In this document: positions 10,278 to 20,603 of the stretch, piece by piece
Position numbering within the stretch: the stretch's first letter is position 1
Layout: each line of letters opens with the position of its first letter
Program-made: the position numbers and the translations under genes
The notes under the pieces: model-generated
Seen by the model: only the letters and a program-made list of their open reading frames with translations
The model's database searches: none
Told to the model about the DNA's origin: nothing
Assembly: GCA_019058365.1 (NCBI GenBank)
Contig: JAHPZE010000037.1
Location: 1 to 35,597, forward strand
Direction: 5' to 3'
DNA length: 35,597 nt
From: Promethearchaeota archaeon
Lineage (GTDB): Archaea > Asgardarchaeota > Lokiarchaeia > Sigyniarchaeales > SOKP01

Positions 10278-11063
10278 TTACTCCGGTTTTATTAAGTATT
10301 CCCGCTTTACGGGATAAGCTATTTCAGATCGTTTTATAATAAAAGATTCATCAAGATCGTTAGCCATATGATTTGCAATCTCAAATGGAATACCCATTGA
10401 TAAGTAATTCTGAGGAAACCAATAATTTCCAGTAGGATCAGTCGGTCCAATAATAATACAATTCCTCGGGCCATTTACCGCCATTCCTGCAGGATATGTT
10501 ACAAAAGAAGCACAAGAAGGGCCCCAAGGTATTTGGATTGTATATGAGTTCTCTGGTCGAAAATGCACCAATGAGCATAGATTCCTTATCTGCTCAGAAT
10601 TTCCAAAACAAAGGAACGCTTTTACATCAAAATCTTGTTCATCTATAGATTCACATTTTCGAATTACAATGTAATTACTGATCGGTGAAATTCTACCAAC
10701 TGAATTTAATTGCTTTTCAGCGAGATCTGGGTTCGCTATTAAATATTCAGCAGCTCCGCCCCTAAAATCTTCCGAACCTGTTGACAAAAAATATTTTAAC
10801 ATCGGTAGAAAAGTCTTATAACCAAACCACGCTTGCCCTCCGGGACAGCACCCATTTAATACTCCATTTCCAATATACACCGAATTGATATCTTTATCAA
10901 CTGATAAAGCAAAAATAACTTTCGCGATACAACGATTTATATCTTTTATAGGAACCGCACTCTCCGGAATAGTCTCTGACCCATAAATACATAATGGAGT
11001 TGCTTTTAACCTACCTGCTTGACTTAACTTGAGTCCAATTTCTCGAATTGCTAAATTTACCAT
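10278..11063 (-). CDS. DUF169 family protein
   Basis: CCPGG..WFG, EQIRNL..LVHF and WGPSCASFVTYP motifs. Confidence 0.75.
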   Translation of the reverse strand: MVNLAIREIGLKLSQAGRLKATPLCIYGSETIPESAVPIKDINRCIAKVIFALSVDKDINSVYIGNGVLNGCCPGGQAWFGYKTFLPMLKYFLSTGSEDFRGGAAEYLIANPDLAEKQLNSVGRISPISNYIVIRKCESIDEQDFDVKAFLCFGNSEQIRNLCSLVHFRPENSYTIQIPWGPSCASFVTYPAGMAVNGPRNCIIIGPTDPTGNYWFPQNYLSMGIPFEIANHMANDLDESFIIKRSEIAYPVKREYLIKPE

Positions 11064-11177
11064 AATTATCTATTTTTAATATTATTTACATGTAAAGAAT
11101 GTTGATATTTTGGATATAACACCAAATATAGATTTAAAACCGTATATTCCTCAATTTGATAATATTGAGTCAATTAA

Positions 11178-11287
11178 AGGTTTAAGAAAAAAGAACAATC
11201 TTATATACTTTTTTCAATTGAAAAGTAAGAAAATTAGGGGTAGATTAATTCTTTAGAAATTTTTGAATTCTTAATTGTATTGAGCTT
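11178..11287. repeat. Copy 3 of the promoter repeat, upstream of the DUF169 gene
   Basis: Matches 6784-6891 (aatcttatatacttttttcaatt...attcttaatt.tattgagctt). Confidence 0.8.
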
Positions 11288-11409
11288 TCACTAAATGGAC
11301 AAATCACTCATAGAAGCATATTTACAAATTATGAAAGAGATTTTTTTATTCGAGAACATTTTTCTAATTACTGGTTCTACAGATAGGGCTCTGGTTCTCC
11401 TAGTGCTTT

Positions 11410-11475
11410 AATCTTACTAACTTCGTTCAACTGAATATTGAAGAATTAATACCGAGATTAACCCAATGTCAATAA
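11410..11475 (+). pseudogene. C-terminal remnant of a DUF2283 gene
   Basis: Reads NLTNFVQLNIEELIPRLTQCQ*, compared with DLNDLIQMNIEELIPKLAQC* at 24778-25002. Confidence 0.65.
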
Positions 11476-11704
11476 AGTTTAAAAATTATACTGACGTTAA
11501 TGTCATTTAATGGAAATCTACAATAATTTAATTTATTGTCGAAATTTAACTAAAAATTTTAGTAACTAATCTCTCTTTACGGATTTTTTTAAAAAGGTGT
11601 AAAAAACACGTGAGAAAAAATAAATTAATATGCCTAGTTTTAACGCTCACGGTTTTAGTTTTTAATCTTTAATATAAAATTAATGAATTTAATAATATAA
11701 AAGA

Positions 11705-12940
11705 ATGATTCGAATGGTTGATATTAATAGCATTCAGAACATAACAGTTATTGGGATAGGCGTTCAAGGTCATGCGATAGCACAGGTGACGCTAATGGCG
11801 GGTTTCAATAAGGTCACATTATATGATGTGAACATGGAACACATTAAGAAAGCTATGTATTTAATCGAAAATGGTTCTCCGATTAGTGCGACGGAAGATA
11901 AGACTTTAAATTATGGATTAAAAGCGTTGGAATCAAGGGGTGTTTTAGCACAAGGATTAACTTCCGAATTACTTCTCAAAAGGTTAGTCCCAGAGAGCGA
12001 TTTGAAAAAAGCCGTTTCAAGTGCAGACTTTATTATCGAAGCGGTTCCCGAAGTTTTGGAAATAAAACAAAAAGTCTTCAAAAAGATTGGTGAACTAAGT
12101 CCCATTCAAACTATTTTAGCGTCCAACACCTCGACGATTAGTATAACAAAAATAGCGGAGAAATGTAAAAAGCAGGATAAAGTTATGGGAATGCATTTCT
12201 TTGCCCCTATTAATAGCCGATTAATTGAAATCACTAAAGGAAAGAATACTTCCAACGAAACGATGGATATTGGAGAAGCCATTGCAAATAAACTACCTTG
12301 TACAGAGGGGAAGCGTATGGTGGCGAGGCTTGAAAAGGAATCTCCGGGTTTTATCGCAAACCGTTTGAACATAATCATGGTACTTTATTTGAATTGGGTA
12401 TTGGAACAAGCAGTCGAGCGAAAAATACCTTATGAACAAATTGATGCCGATGTAGCTGGGATTATGATACGCGGTCCGTTTGAACTTTTTGATTTGATCG
12501 GCATAGATACCGTGGTTAATGCTATGAAATATTTTGAGTCCACAGTCTCAAAAGATTTTGCGCCCGGAAATGTGTTCACCAAATTGGTTGAGGAAGGGAA
12601 TTTAGGATTAAAGACGGGAAAAGGCTTTTATGATTGGTCCAAAGGGGCACCAAAAATCGATAAATCCATAAAATCGAATCTTTTTAATCCAGAAATTGGT
12701 TTAGCGCTACAATTAAATGAAGGTTGCAGAATGCTGGAGGAAAGCATCGTGAAGGGATATAAAACCATCGACGATGTGAATTTAGCGGGGTACGGGAACC
12801 CTGGTCCGTTTATTCCGGGAAAGAAGAAGTACGAGATGTGGTCAAAGCTATTAGACGAGTTCGCCAACAAATCTGGTAAAGAATACGCAAGACCGTGCAA
12901 GTTGATGAGGTCTGGTGAATTTATAAATATGAGAAAATAA
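11705..12940 (+). CDS. 3-hydroxyacyl-CoA dehydrogenase family protein
   Basis: GIGVQG Rossmann motif, IIEAVPE, ILASNTS, GMHFF, PGFIANR, GLKTGKGFY. Confidence 0.93.
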   Translation: MIRMVDINSIQNITVIGIGVQGHAIAQVTLMAGFNKVTLYDVNMEHIKKAMYLIENGSPISATEDKTLNYGLKALESRGVLAQGLTSELLLKRLVPESDLKKAVSSADFIIEAVPEVLEIKQKVFKKIGELSPIQTILASNTSTISITKIAEKCKKQDKVMGMHFFAPINSRLIEITKGKNTSNETMDIGEAIANKLPCTEGKRMVARLEKESPGFIANRLNIIMVLYLNWVLEQAVERKIPYEQIDADVAGIMIRGPFELFDLIGIDTVVNAMKYFESTVSKDFAPGNVFTKLVEEGNLGLKTGKGFYDWSKGAPKIDKSIKSNLFNPEIGLALQLNEGCRMLEESIVKGYKTIDDVNLAGYGNPGPFIPGKKKYEMWSKLLDEFANKSGKEYARPCKLMRSGEFINMRK

Positions 12941-13114
12941 TAATTGATAGAATTTCTTGTCATTCTTAAAAATCCAAAATAATTATCCTTGACTAAGCCC
13001 AAAATAATTTTAAATCTAACGGTTACAAATTTTAGTTGATTTGTATAACTTTTGTTTTCTAATATAATCGAATTTCTAATCCTCAAATCTTCAAATTATT
13101 AACTATAAATCAAA

Positions 13115-13156
13115 TTATAAGGAATCAAATTCATTCTCATCGAGAAGAAAATTCAA
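13115..13156 (-). pseudogene. N-terminal stub of a DUF5615 PIN-like toxin
   Basis: TTG-started MNFLLDENEFDSL* directly after DUF433; compare LKFLLDENV at 24988-25398. Confidence 0.6.
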
Positions 13157-13159
13157 GGA

Positions 13160-13402
13160 TTAGACCTCTTTACTTATAATCTCATCAATATCCATATTCA
13201 TAAGATTTTTATAAGCATCTTTGCCAATCGTAAGAAGAGTTAGAATAATATTACGATCTAAATGCGGATATTCTTTAAGAATTTCGGTTATTGAATAATT
13301 CAATCCGATTAATTCATAGATTAAAGCAACGGGAATTCTAGTACCCTTAATGATAGGCTTTCCTCCGAGAATTTTCGGATTGCTTTCGATAATATCTGAC
13401 AT
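13160..13402 (-). CDS. DUF433 family antitoxin
   Basis: NPKILGGKPIIKGTRIPV...EYPHL. Confidence 0.9.
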   Translation of the reverse strand: MSDIIESNPKILGGKPIIKGTRIPVALIYELIGLNYSITEILKEYPHLDRNIILTLLTIGKDAYKNLMNMDIDEIISKEV

Positions 13403-13713
13403 TTTCTATGATACTATATAGTAAAATGTATTTAAATACATATTGGAAATTGGTTTAAATTATCATTGTTCACGTTGTAGTCTAAGAAATAGCGTGGGCA
13501 GTTCCAGCTTCCTATGAATCAGAACTAATAGGACTGTCAATTGTTATCGGGTCTGATCCAACATTAATTTAAAAATGATTACAATAATCATTAAACATCT
13601 TCGACATCACTTAGTTTAAAAGGAAATTTTAAATATATACAAAAAATTTAAACCCTATCTAAAAAGAGTATTTTTTAAAAAAATATTCTGAATCCAAATT
13701 ATATATAAAAAAA

Positions 13714-16700
13714 GTGTTGATAAAATTGAGATTAAATAAGAGCAAATTTTTATTCACTTCAATTAAATTTACAAAAAATGCTAAGAAAAGAATTATTTGG
13801 AGCTTGACGTTTTTCTTAATGCTTTGTTTAATTAGTAATTATAATAACTTTTCAAAATTTATTCAGGAACACCCAGAAGAAAAAAAACAATCATTTGAAA
13901 AGAACTCTATCAAGAATTCCAATGGAGAAATAATATCTAAGTTGCGATTTGGGACTGGAGTTGAACCCGTTGATCTAGATCCTCACTATTCATGGGATAG
14001 CCCTTCTATAAAAGTAATTGATCAAGTTTGTGAAGGATTATTCACTTATGATCTCAGTGATCCAGAACTTTCAGTTATACCAAATTTAGCCAGTTCATTT
14101 GGAACTTGGTCTTTTGATAAAATGAATTACACCATCCCTTTAAGAGTGGGCATTATATTTCACGATGGAACACCTTTTAATGCAACTGCAGTTAAATGGT
14201 CTTTCGACAGATTAAATTATTTCTTGAATATTTCAGGAACATTATTACCCCCTAAAGAGGTATCCTCATTCGATTCAGTGTATAAATGGCCCGATAATAC
14301 TCCAATTATTAATAAAACTGAAATTGTTAATGATTATACGATTAAATTTGTATTAAATAGACCCTTCATGCCATTTATTAGTTTACTATGTTTTAGTGGA
14401 TCATATATATTATCTCCGTCTTCAACACCTTCTGACGAAAATATTGATTTAGCTGCTGGAGATTTAATTGGAACTGGTCCATTTATTTATGATAATTATA
14501 TACCTGGAAGTGGGGTAAATTTTCATGCTTTTGAGAATTATTGGAGGGGTAAGCCCAGTATAGATATCTTAAATTTTACAATAATTTATGATCCGGTCGA
14601 TAGAAACAATGCTTTATTATCTGGGGATATTGATTTATTAGATTCTCCACAACTTTCATATCTAGGTGCATTTGAGGCTGATCCAAATGTTATAGTAGTA
14701 GATGCAGGATCAAACGCAATAATATATTCCATAGGAATGAATAATAAGCAAATAAATATAACTATGAGGAAAGCGATTTCTTATGCTATAAATTATTCAT
14801 ATCTAATAGATGAATATATGCATGGATATGTTAAAAGGTTGAAATCACCCATCCCAGAAGGAATTTTGTACTCAAATTCATCATTTAATGTTCCAGTTAT
14901 GAATATCACTTATGCGCGAAGTATTCTTGTTGATGGGGGCGTTTGTAATTTTGATATCTACAATGATGCTGAATGGATAAATGCAGCTAACTTTAATCCC
15001 ATAGCAACCTACAATTATACATATTACCTTTATGGATATACTTATGAAATTAGCGATCTAATACAACAAAATTTAGAACAAATAGGAATCAAGGTCATCG
15101 ATGCAGGATTGACATCTGCGAATGAATATCTGGATAAAATTCTTGAAAAACATGATGAATTGCAGCTTTTTTGGTTTGGTTGGATACCTGATTATAATGA
15201 TCCTGATACTTTTATTCGACCCCTTCTTTCAAATTCTTCCAAAAGCAATTCAGCACAGGTAAATGATCCATGGTTAGAAAATAAAATTGAGGATTCACTT
15301 GAAGAATCAAATGATGTAATAAGAGAAGCAATCTATGACGAGATTCAACAATATGTTGTTGAGGATCTTGTTCCTTGGGCGTTTTGTTATGTTGGACGTA
15401 ATTTCGATGCTTATAGGAATGGGATTATGGGCTTTCAGTCAAATCCTTTAGGAATCCTATCCTTTTATAATGTAAGTTGGAAATCTTTTAATATCCCATT
15501 CAATGGCATGAGTTTAAATTTTACAATTGAATCTAACTATTTCGGATCAGGTGTTGGTTCTGTCTCCTATTCTCAGATTTCAGCTAATATTTTTCATATG
15601 ATCGGTAATTTAAACTTATTGACTAATTGGTGGGATGTAAACCCATACACCCGAATTTTAACGAACACATGTGGAAATTTTCCTATTATCAACGGATCTC
15701 ATACCCCCATGTGGATTTTTTCTAATATAAACATAGGAGATAATGTGTTAATTAGTGTAGATGGAGAAGGAGACCATACTTTTGAAATATCCGATGAAAA
15801 GTCAATAAATTTGCCTGGTTATGCAACTCTTGAAGCTTGGGAGTTAATTGATTTAACTCAACCCGGAGGAATAGCATTTTATGAAAAGAATACTGGAATC
15901 TTACTGAATGCGACCTTCTATTATCTTGGGGGTCTATATTATTACACTTTAATCTTGACTGGAACTAATGCTTTAACCCGCAACATAACACAAATTAAGG
16001 TGGATGTTTATGAAATAAGTAGAAATTGGGAAAGAAATCCTGGTACATCTTTACCTCGCTGTAAAATTCAATTAGCCTATAATGTCTCAAATTTGGGCAC
16101 TGAATTAATAAGTAATGTTATTATTAATGTAACTTCTAATGGGGATACAATTCATGAGGATTTCATTACTGAGATTAATGTTGGAGATGATTATGTTTCT
16201 AAGTTTTCTTTATTGATGGATTATGATACAATTAAAACACTTATGGTAAAAGCCTACTATATGGGTTTTTCAAAAGATTATGAATTTGTCATTAATGCTA
16301 CCCTTCCTAGAGCTCTGCATGGTCAGGATATGAGGTTATTTATCACCCCAAATGACCCCCTAGTATTAAGTACATTAAATGATATTTTAAATAGTTATCC
16401 TTCTATCATGCCTGATTGGATGGCTATTAGAGATTGGGTTGGTCAAATGATTACATATAAAAGTGATAAGGATGAATATGGTATAAACGAATATTTCCAA
16501 CTTCCTAGAGAGACAATTCTAAAAAAGGAAGGGGACTGTGAAGATTTTTCATTATTATTAGTCTCACTATTGAGAGCAAATGGATGGGATCAATCAGAAG
16601 TATATGTTACTATAGGTGTTAATGAAACTGGAGATGGATATCATGCTTGGGTGAGGTTAAATTTTGGTTTTCCTCTAGGATGGTATAATATTGAGCCCCA

Positions 16701-17328
16701 AGCTGATGTATTATGCACCTTCGTAGGAGATTATTTTGCACTTTCAGGTTACGAAGTGATTTCAATTTTCAATGATCTTCAATATGAAACATTACAAATT
16801 TCTGCAAGTTTACATAGTCCTGGTGAACTCCGTGTATATGATTCTCTTAATCGAATAACTGGAGTTATTAATGGTGTAATTAAAAGCGAGATTCCAAATT
16901 CTATATATGATCAAAATAATTCTATAATTGCATTATTTTCTATTGATACTAATTATCGTTTTCAAGTTTTTGGTATAGGGAGTGGAGAATATGGATTAGA
17001 AATTTTTTCATTAGAACACGGCTCCATTGTTACTTTTAATGCTATTAACATCCCAATTGCAGCAAATGATTTATTTCAGATTTCAATAGATTGGGTTTCA
17101 CTGTCAACTGGTGGACAAGGTGTAAGGATTCAGATAGATCTCAATGGTGATGGTGAATTTGAGTATGATTTTTATTCAGACAATTTGTTTAGCCTTGAAG
17201 AGTATTTAGATATCATTCGAGATTTGTTAGGAACACCCGATATTCCAGGTTATAATATAATCATTCTAATTTGTGCTTTTTGTCTTGGTATACTCATAGT
17301 AAAAAAGCAATTAAAAAAAAATACTTAA
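13714..17328 (+). CDS. Family 5 (peptide/nickel) solute-binding protein fused to beta-rich domains and a transglutaminase-like domain, with a C-terminal membrane anchor
   Basis: LDP, EGLF, PNLA, FHDGTPFNATAVKWSFDR, GTGPF, GWIPDYNDP; GDCEDFS...YHAWV...IEPQ; C-terminal IPGY + hydrophobic helix + KK. Confidence 0.85.
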   Translation: MLIKLRLNKSKFLFTSIKFTKNAKKRIIWSLTFFLMLCLISNYNNFSKFIQEHPEEKKQSFEKNSIKNSNGEIISKLRFGTGVEPVDLDPHYSWDSPSIKVIDQVCEGLFTYDLSDPELSVIPNLASSFGTWSFDKMNYTIPLRVGIIFHDGTPFNATAVKWSFDRLNYFLNISGTLLPPKEVSSFDSVYKWPDNTPIINKTEIVNDYTIKFVLNRPFMPFISLLCFSGSYILSPSSTPSDENIDLAAGDLIGTGPFIYDNYIPGSGVNFHAFENYWRGKPSIDILNFTIIYDPVDRNNALLSGDIDLLDSPQLSYLGAFEADPNVIVVDAGSNAIIYSIGMNNKQINITMRKAISYAINYSYLIDEYMHGYVKRLKSPIPEGILYSNSSFNVPVMNITYARSILVDGGVCNFDIYNDAEWINAANFNPIATYNYTYYLYGYTYEISDLIQQNLEQIGIKVIDAGLTSANEYLDKILEKHDELQLFWFGWIPDYNDPDTFIRPLLSNSSKSNSAQVNDPWLENKIEDSLEESNDVIREAIYDEIQQYVVEDLVPWAFCYVGRNFDAYRNGIMGFQSNPLGILSFYNVSWKSFNIPFNGMSLNFTIESNYFGSGVGSVSYSQISANIFHMIGNLNLLTNWWDVNPYTRILTNTCGNFPIINGSHTPMWIFSNINIGDNVLISVDGEGDHTFEISDEKSINLPGYATLEAWELIDLTQPGGIAFYEKNTGILLNATFYYLGGLYYYTLILTGTNALTRNITQIKVDVYEISRNWERNPGTSLPRCKIQLAYNVSNLGTELISNVIINVTSNGDTIHEDFITEINVGDDYVSKFSLLMDYDTIKTLMVKAYYMGFSKDYEFVINATLPRALHGQDMRLFITPNDPLVLSTLNDILNSYPSIMPDWMAIRDWVGQMITYKSDKDEYGINEYFQLPRETILKKEGDCEDFSLLLVSLLRANGWDQSEVYVTIGVNETGDGYHAWVRLNFGFPLGWYNIEPQADVLCTFVGDYFALSGYEVISIFNDLQYETLQISASLHSPGELRVYDSLNRITGVINGVIKSEIPNSIYDQNNSIIALFSIDTNYRFQVFGIGSGEYGLEIFSLEHGSIVTFNAINIPIAANDLFQISIDWVSLSTGGQGVRIQIDLNGDGEFEYDFYSDNLFSLEEYLDIIRDLLGTPDIPGYNIIILICAFCLGILIVKKQLKKNT

Positions 17329-17340
17329 ATTTTTTTTTAA
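17311..17340 (+). terminator. Oligo-T tract with an A/T inverted repeat spanning the stop codon of the solute-binding gene
   Basis: TTAAAAAAAAAT-ACTTAA-ATTTTTTTTTAA; T9 begins just after the stop. Confidence 0.45.
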
Positions 17341-17450
17341 ATTCCTAATTTTAAAGATTTCTTAGACTAAGTGATTAATAATTATTAAAATAATATAATC
17401 AAGATAGAACTAGTAAGATTGAATTCTTTAAACGGATAGATTCTATGTTT

Positions 17451-17464
17451 TCGTGAAATAACAG
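17451..17464 (+). repeat. B-type site TCGTGAAA-TAACAG
   Basis: One mismatch to the TCGTGAAATAACCG consensus; lies upstream of the MFS gene. Confidence 0.65.
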
Positions 17465-17579
17465 AATCTTAAGATGTTAGATAAAATATATTTTTTTTAT
17501 TTACTTTAATTCGTCTAAAGTTTTGAATTTCCCAAAGATTTAATTATAACTAGAGATCCATATTAAATTTGATAAAATA

Positions 17580-18977
17580 ATGCCAACTGAAAAATTAACT
17601 TTAAAATCGAAATTAGCATACGGGGGTTTTGGAGCGGGTATTAGCTTACCATCTCAAATTGCTTTTTCAGCGATAACTTTCTTTTATAACACGATATTAG
17701 GGCTAAACGCTGAATTAATTGGTATCGCTTGGTTAATCTTTTCAGTTTGGAATGCGATCAATGATCCTTTATTTGGTTTCATAGAAGATCACACTAAATC
17801 AGAAAAATATGGCAGGAGAATCCCATATATTCGATTTGGTGCTCCGATTTATGGAATAGTGTTCATTTTATGTTGGTTTCCATTTGTAGGGACAAATAAT
17901 CAAATAGGCCTTTTCTTCAATTTAATTATCGTTCTATTTGTCTTTGATACTATGTTTACAATATTAGGGCTCATAAATTTTACCCTTCCAGCAGAAATGA
18001 CAATAACAGCAAAAGAAAGAGGCAATTTATTAGTATATAGTAATATATTAACTTCTATCTCACTTTTAATTTCTTTCATATTGCCCATTTTCTTGTTAAC
18101 TGGATATGAATCACTTGATGAGATTACAAGTTTTCTCATCACGATGATTTTTGTGGGCATTATCTCCGCTATAATAATATTCATAAGCAGTTTTTACTTA
18201 AAAGAGAATAAATATACCCAAATGGAAGATACGCTTCCAATCATCAATGGTATAAAAGAAACTTTTAAAAACAGACCATTTCTAATTTTTGAAGTATCCA
18301 ACTTTTCTTTTACTATTGCTCTAACAATCCTTACTACTGCCATTTTTTATTACGCACAGTACGTTTTAACCGCAACTGGTATTATCGCTACAATTCCATT
18401 AATAGTAGTCTTCATAATGATCTTTGCGTTCTTGGTGGTTTTTAATAAACTAATCGGGAAATATGGTGTAAAGAAAACTTTTATCTTGTCATTAATGTGG
18501 ACAGGATTGAGCTTTATTCTAACGTTTTTCATTGGATGGACGTTGAATCTTGCCATAATTGGATTTATTCTAATAGGGATCGGAATTTCCGGATATATGC
18601 TTACAAACCAAGTTGTCGTAGCCGATATTGTTGATTACGACGAGGTTAAAACAGGAAAGCGAAGAGAAACAACCTATTCCGGAATAAATGCATTGATTAC
18701 AAAACCAGCAATTTCCCTCGCAAATTGGCTGTTCTTGTTAATAATATCATCTTTTGGATTCGATTCAGAGCAACAGACTCAAGAATTCTCTGCTCAATTG
18801 GGAATTATGATGGGATTCGCATTCATTCCCTCCATCTTTTTGATCTTAGGCACAATTGTAATGTTTTTTTACCATTTGGATGGTCCACATTGGCTTTCTC
18901 AAAAAGCAGAACTAATTAAAATTCATGAGAAAAAAGAGCTCGAATATCTAAAATATTTAAAATCAAAAAGAACTTGA
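17580..18977 (+). CDS. MFS transporter, glycoside-pentoside-hexuronide (MelB-like) family
   Basis: WNAINDPLFG..D.T....GRRIPY; ADIVDYDE.KTG.RRE..YSG; about 12 TM segments. Confidence 0.92.
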   Translation: MPTEKLTLKSKLAYGGFGAGISLPSQIAFSAITFFYNTILGLNAELIGIAWLIFSVWNAINDPLFGFIEDHTKSEKYGRRIPYIRFGAPIYGIVFILCWFPFVGTNNQIGLFFNLIIVLFVFDTMFTILGLINFTLPAEMTITAKERGNLLVYSNILTSISLLISFILPIFLLTGYESLDEITSFLITMIFVGIISAIIIFISSFYLKENKYTQMEDTLPIINGIKETFKNRPFLIFEVSNFSFTIALTILTTAIFYYAQYVLTATGIIATIPLIVVFIMIFAFLVVFNKLIGKYGVKKTFILSLMWTGLSFILTFFIGWTLNLAIIGFILIGIGISGYMLTNQVVVADIVDYDEVKTGKRRETTYSGINALITKPAISLANWLFLLIISSFGFDSEQQTQEFSAQLGIMMGFAFIPSIFLILGTIVMFFYHLDGPHWLSQKAELIKIHEKKELEYLKYLKSKRT

Positions 18978-19001
18978 ACTGAATATCAGAACGCTAGTAT
19001 A

Positions 19002-19115
19002 TCTTGAAACGGTTTATATTCTTTAAATATTCATATCAATTATATGATTCGACTCTTCATTTAATTCTGGTATTGTTTAAAAAATGTATAAGGTTTATAC
19101 CATTCTTGAAACCAA
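19002..19115 (+). repeat. A-type site (TCTTGAAA-CGGTTT) with a family III spacer
   Basis: Shares gaaacggtt.atattctttaaatattcatatca and later blocks with 27584. Confidence 0.7.
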
Positions 19116-19147
19116 GGATGGAAAGGTAAATTCAGAGTCTGATTTCA

Positions 19148-19354
19148 ATGAAAATTTACTCAAGATATTTCAAAAAAAATCGAACCCAAAAAATACTTGG
19201 TGGAATACAAAGTCAGATAAGTAATGAAGCAATTTTAGAAGCTTTCTCAACAGATTGGCTTGACATTGAAAATCTTATATTAAGACTAAATATCAATGAC
19301 AACAATAATATAAAATATTTGAATTTAAAACTAAAAGAGTTAGAAAGAAAATAG
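19148..19354 (+). pseudogene. Small wHTH-like protein homologous to the C-terminus of the first ORF, probably cut by a premature TAG
   Basis: KYLNLKLKELERK versus KYLELKLKELERK; after the TAG the frame continues ILIIKKENGIKYYHF. Confidence 0.55.
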
Positions 19355-19428
19355 ATTTTAATTATTAAAAAGGAAAATGGAATTAAGTATTACCATTTCT
19401 TGAAGTATTTATTAATTCTTGTTGATCT

Positions 19429-19716
19429 TTACATGATCTTTTTAAAATCTTCTAAAGATAAATTAGACGGGATTCCCAATTGAGACATTTTAGAAATAAA
19501 TTCATGAAGAGATATTTTTGCTATTTCAGCTGCCTTCTCTATTGAAATTTCCTTTAATACATATTTTTTAATAGCAAAATTAAAACGTTCTTTTTGAAGT
19601 CCTTCGATTAAGATTTTTCTTATTAATGAGGAGCGATCAAGATTCTCATTTTCAGCAAGTTCTTCAAATTCTTTTATCAAATCCTCGTCTAATCTTAAAT
19701 TCATTTGTTTTGTCAT
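19429..19716 (-). CDS. RHH + UPF0175 family antitoxin
   Basis: MNLRLD...DRSSLIR; ISIEKAAEIAKISLHEF. Confidence 0.85.
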   Translation of the reverse strand: MTKQMNLRLDEDLIKEFEELAENENLDRSSLIRKILIEGLQKERFNFAIKKYVLKEISIEKAAEIAKISLHEFISKMSQLGIPSNLSLEDFKKIM

Positions 19717-19736
19717 TTATATTACCTCCTTCTAAA

Positions 19737-20177
19737 TTATTTATTCATAATTTCTTCAGCTCTATTTTTAAAAAATAATACAATATCAGGTTTTAATGAT
19801 TTTATGTGCGCTAATTCGTTAAAAGATATTTGAAATTCTTTATGGCTAATAATATTTTTTTCTAATAATTCTAATAGTATTAATTCTGACGTTTTAGGCT
19901 TTAAACCACAATTCAAAGCATAATTGATAGCTTGATAATCATCTGTTACAGGAATCCCTTTGTTTTTTACACAAATCATAATAGTTTCATTTTCACCTTT
20001 CCCTAGAGTCCTAGAAGAGATAACATTATTCAACTTTATTTTTCTTTCTTCAATCATTTTATTATCTATAGTATGTTTTAGTATTTTAGCATCTGAAAAT
20101 CTGTCAATATCTGCAATTAACTCATTTTTGACTGTAGGACTTACAATAATCGATCCTAATTTCTTTTTTTTCCATTT
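19737..20177 (-). pseudogene. 5'-truncated DUF3368-type PIN toxin
   Basis: The frame extends upstream (IIVSPTVKNEL...) to the stop of the SRPBCC gene and lacks the first PIN strand and Asp; it retains LGKGE and TDD. Confidence 0.7.
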
Positions 20178-20603
20178 TCAAATCACTTGATCACTTTCAG
20201 TATACTTCCTTAAATTATCTAGAATTGCTTGCCACCCATCTTTTTGTAGCTTTACAGGATTAGTATTTTCAGCTTCAAACGTTTCAGTTATTTTAGTACC
20301 ATTAGGTATGGAGGTGATTTGTACTTTTACATGTCTGCCATCATTAATATCATACTCGATGAGCTTAAATTTCTTTATATCTGTATAAACACCTTCAAAA
20401 TCAAAACTTGCACTTCCATCTTTTGCTGACATTGTGTAAAGAAATTTTCCTCCAACATGAAAATCATTCTCGGCATATGGGCAATTCCAATCATCAGACG
20501 CGTGATTCCACTTGACAATATGCTTCGGCTTCGTAAAATATTCCCAGACCTTCTTAATATCACATTTGATTGAAGTTTTAACTTGTATATTGGTCATGGT
20601 CAA
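20178..20603 (-). CDS. SRPBCC/AHSA1-like ligand-binding protein
   Basis: KVWEYFT.P.HI..W, GGKF.Y.M, Q..GWQAILDN. Confidence 0.9.
   Translation of the reverse strand: MTMTNIQVKTSIKCDIKKVWEYFTKPKHIVKWNHASDDWNCPYAENDFHVGGKFLYTMSAKDGSASFDFEGVYTDIKKFKLIEYDINDGRHVKVQITSIPNGTKITETFEAENTNPVKLQKDGWQAILDNLRKYTESDQVI

Noticed and set aside
11428-11475. Repeat shared with 31816-31864 as a recombination site
   Set aside because: Both copies translate to the C-terminus of DUF2283, so they are gene remnants.
13490-13560. GC-richer intergenic patch with a possible hairpin
   Set aside because: Pairing is short and the patch could equally be a gene remnant; there is no second copy to support it.
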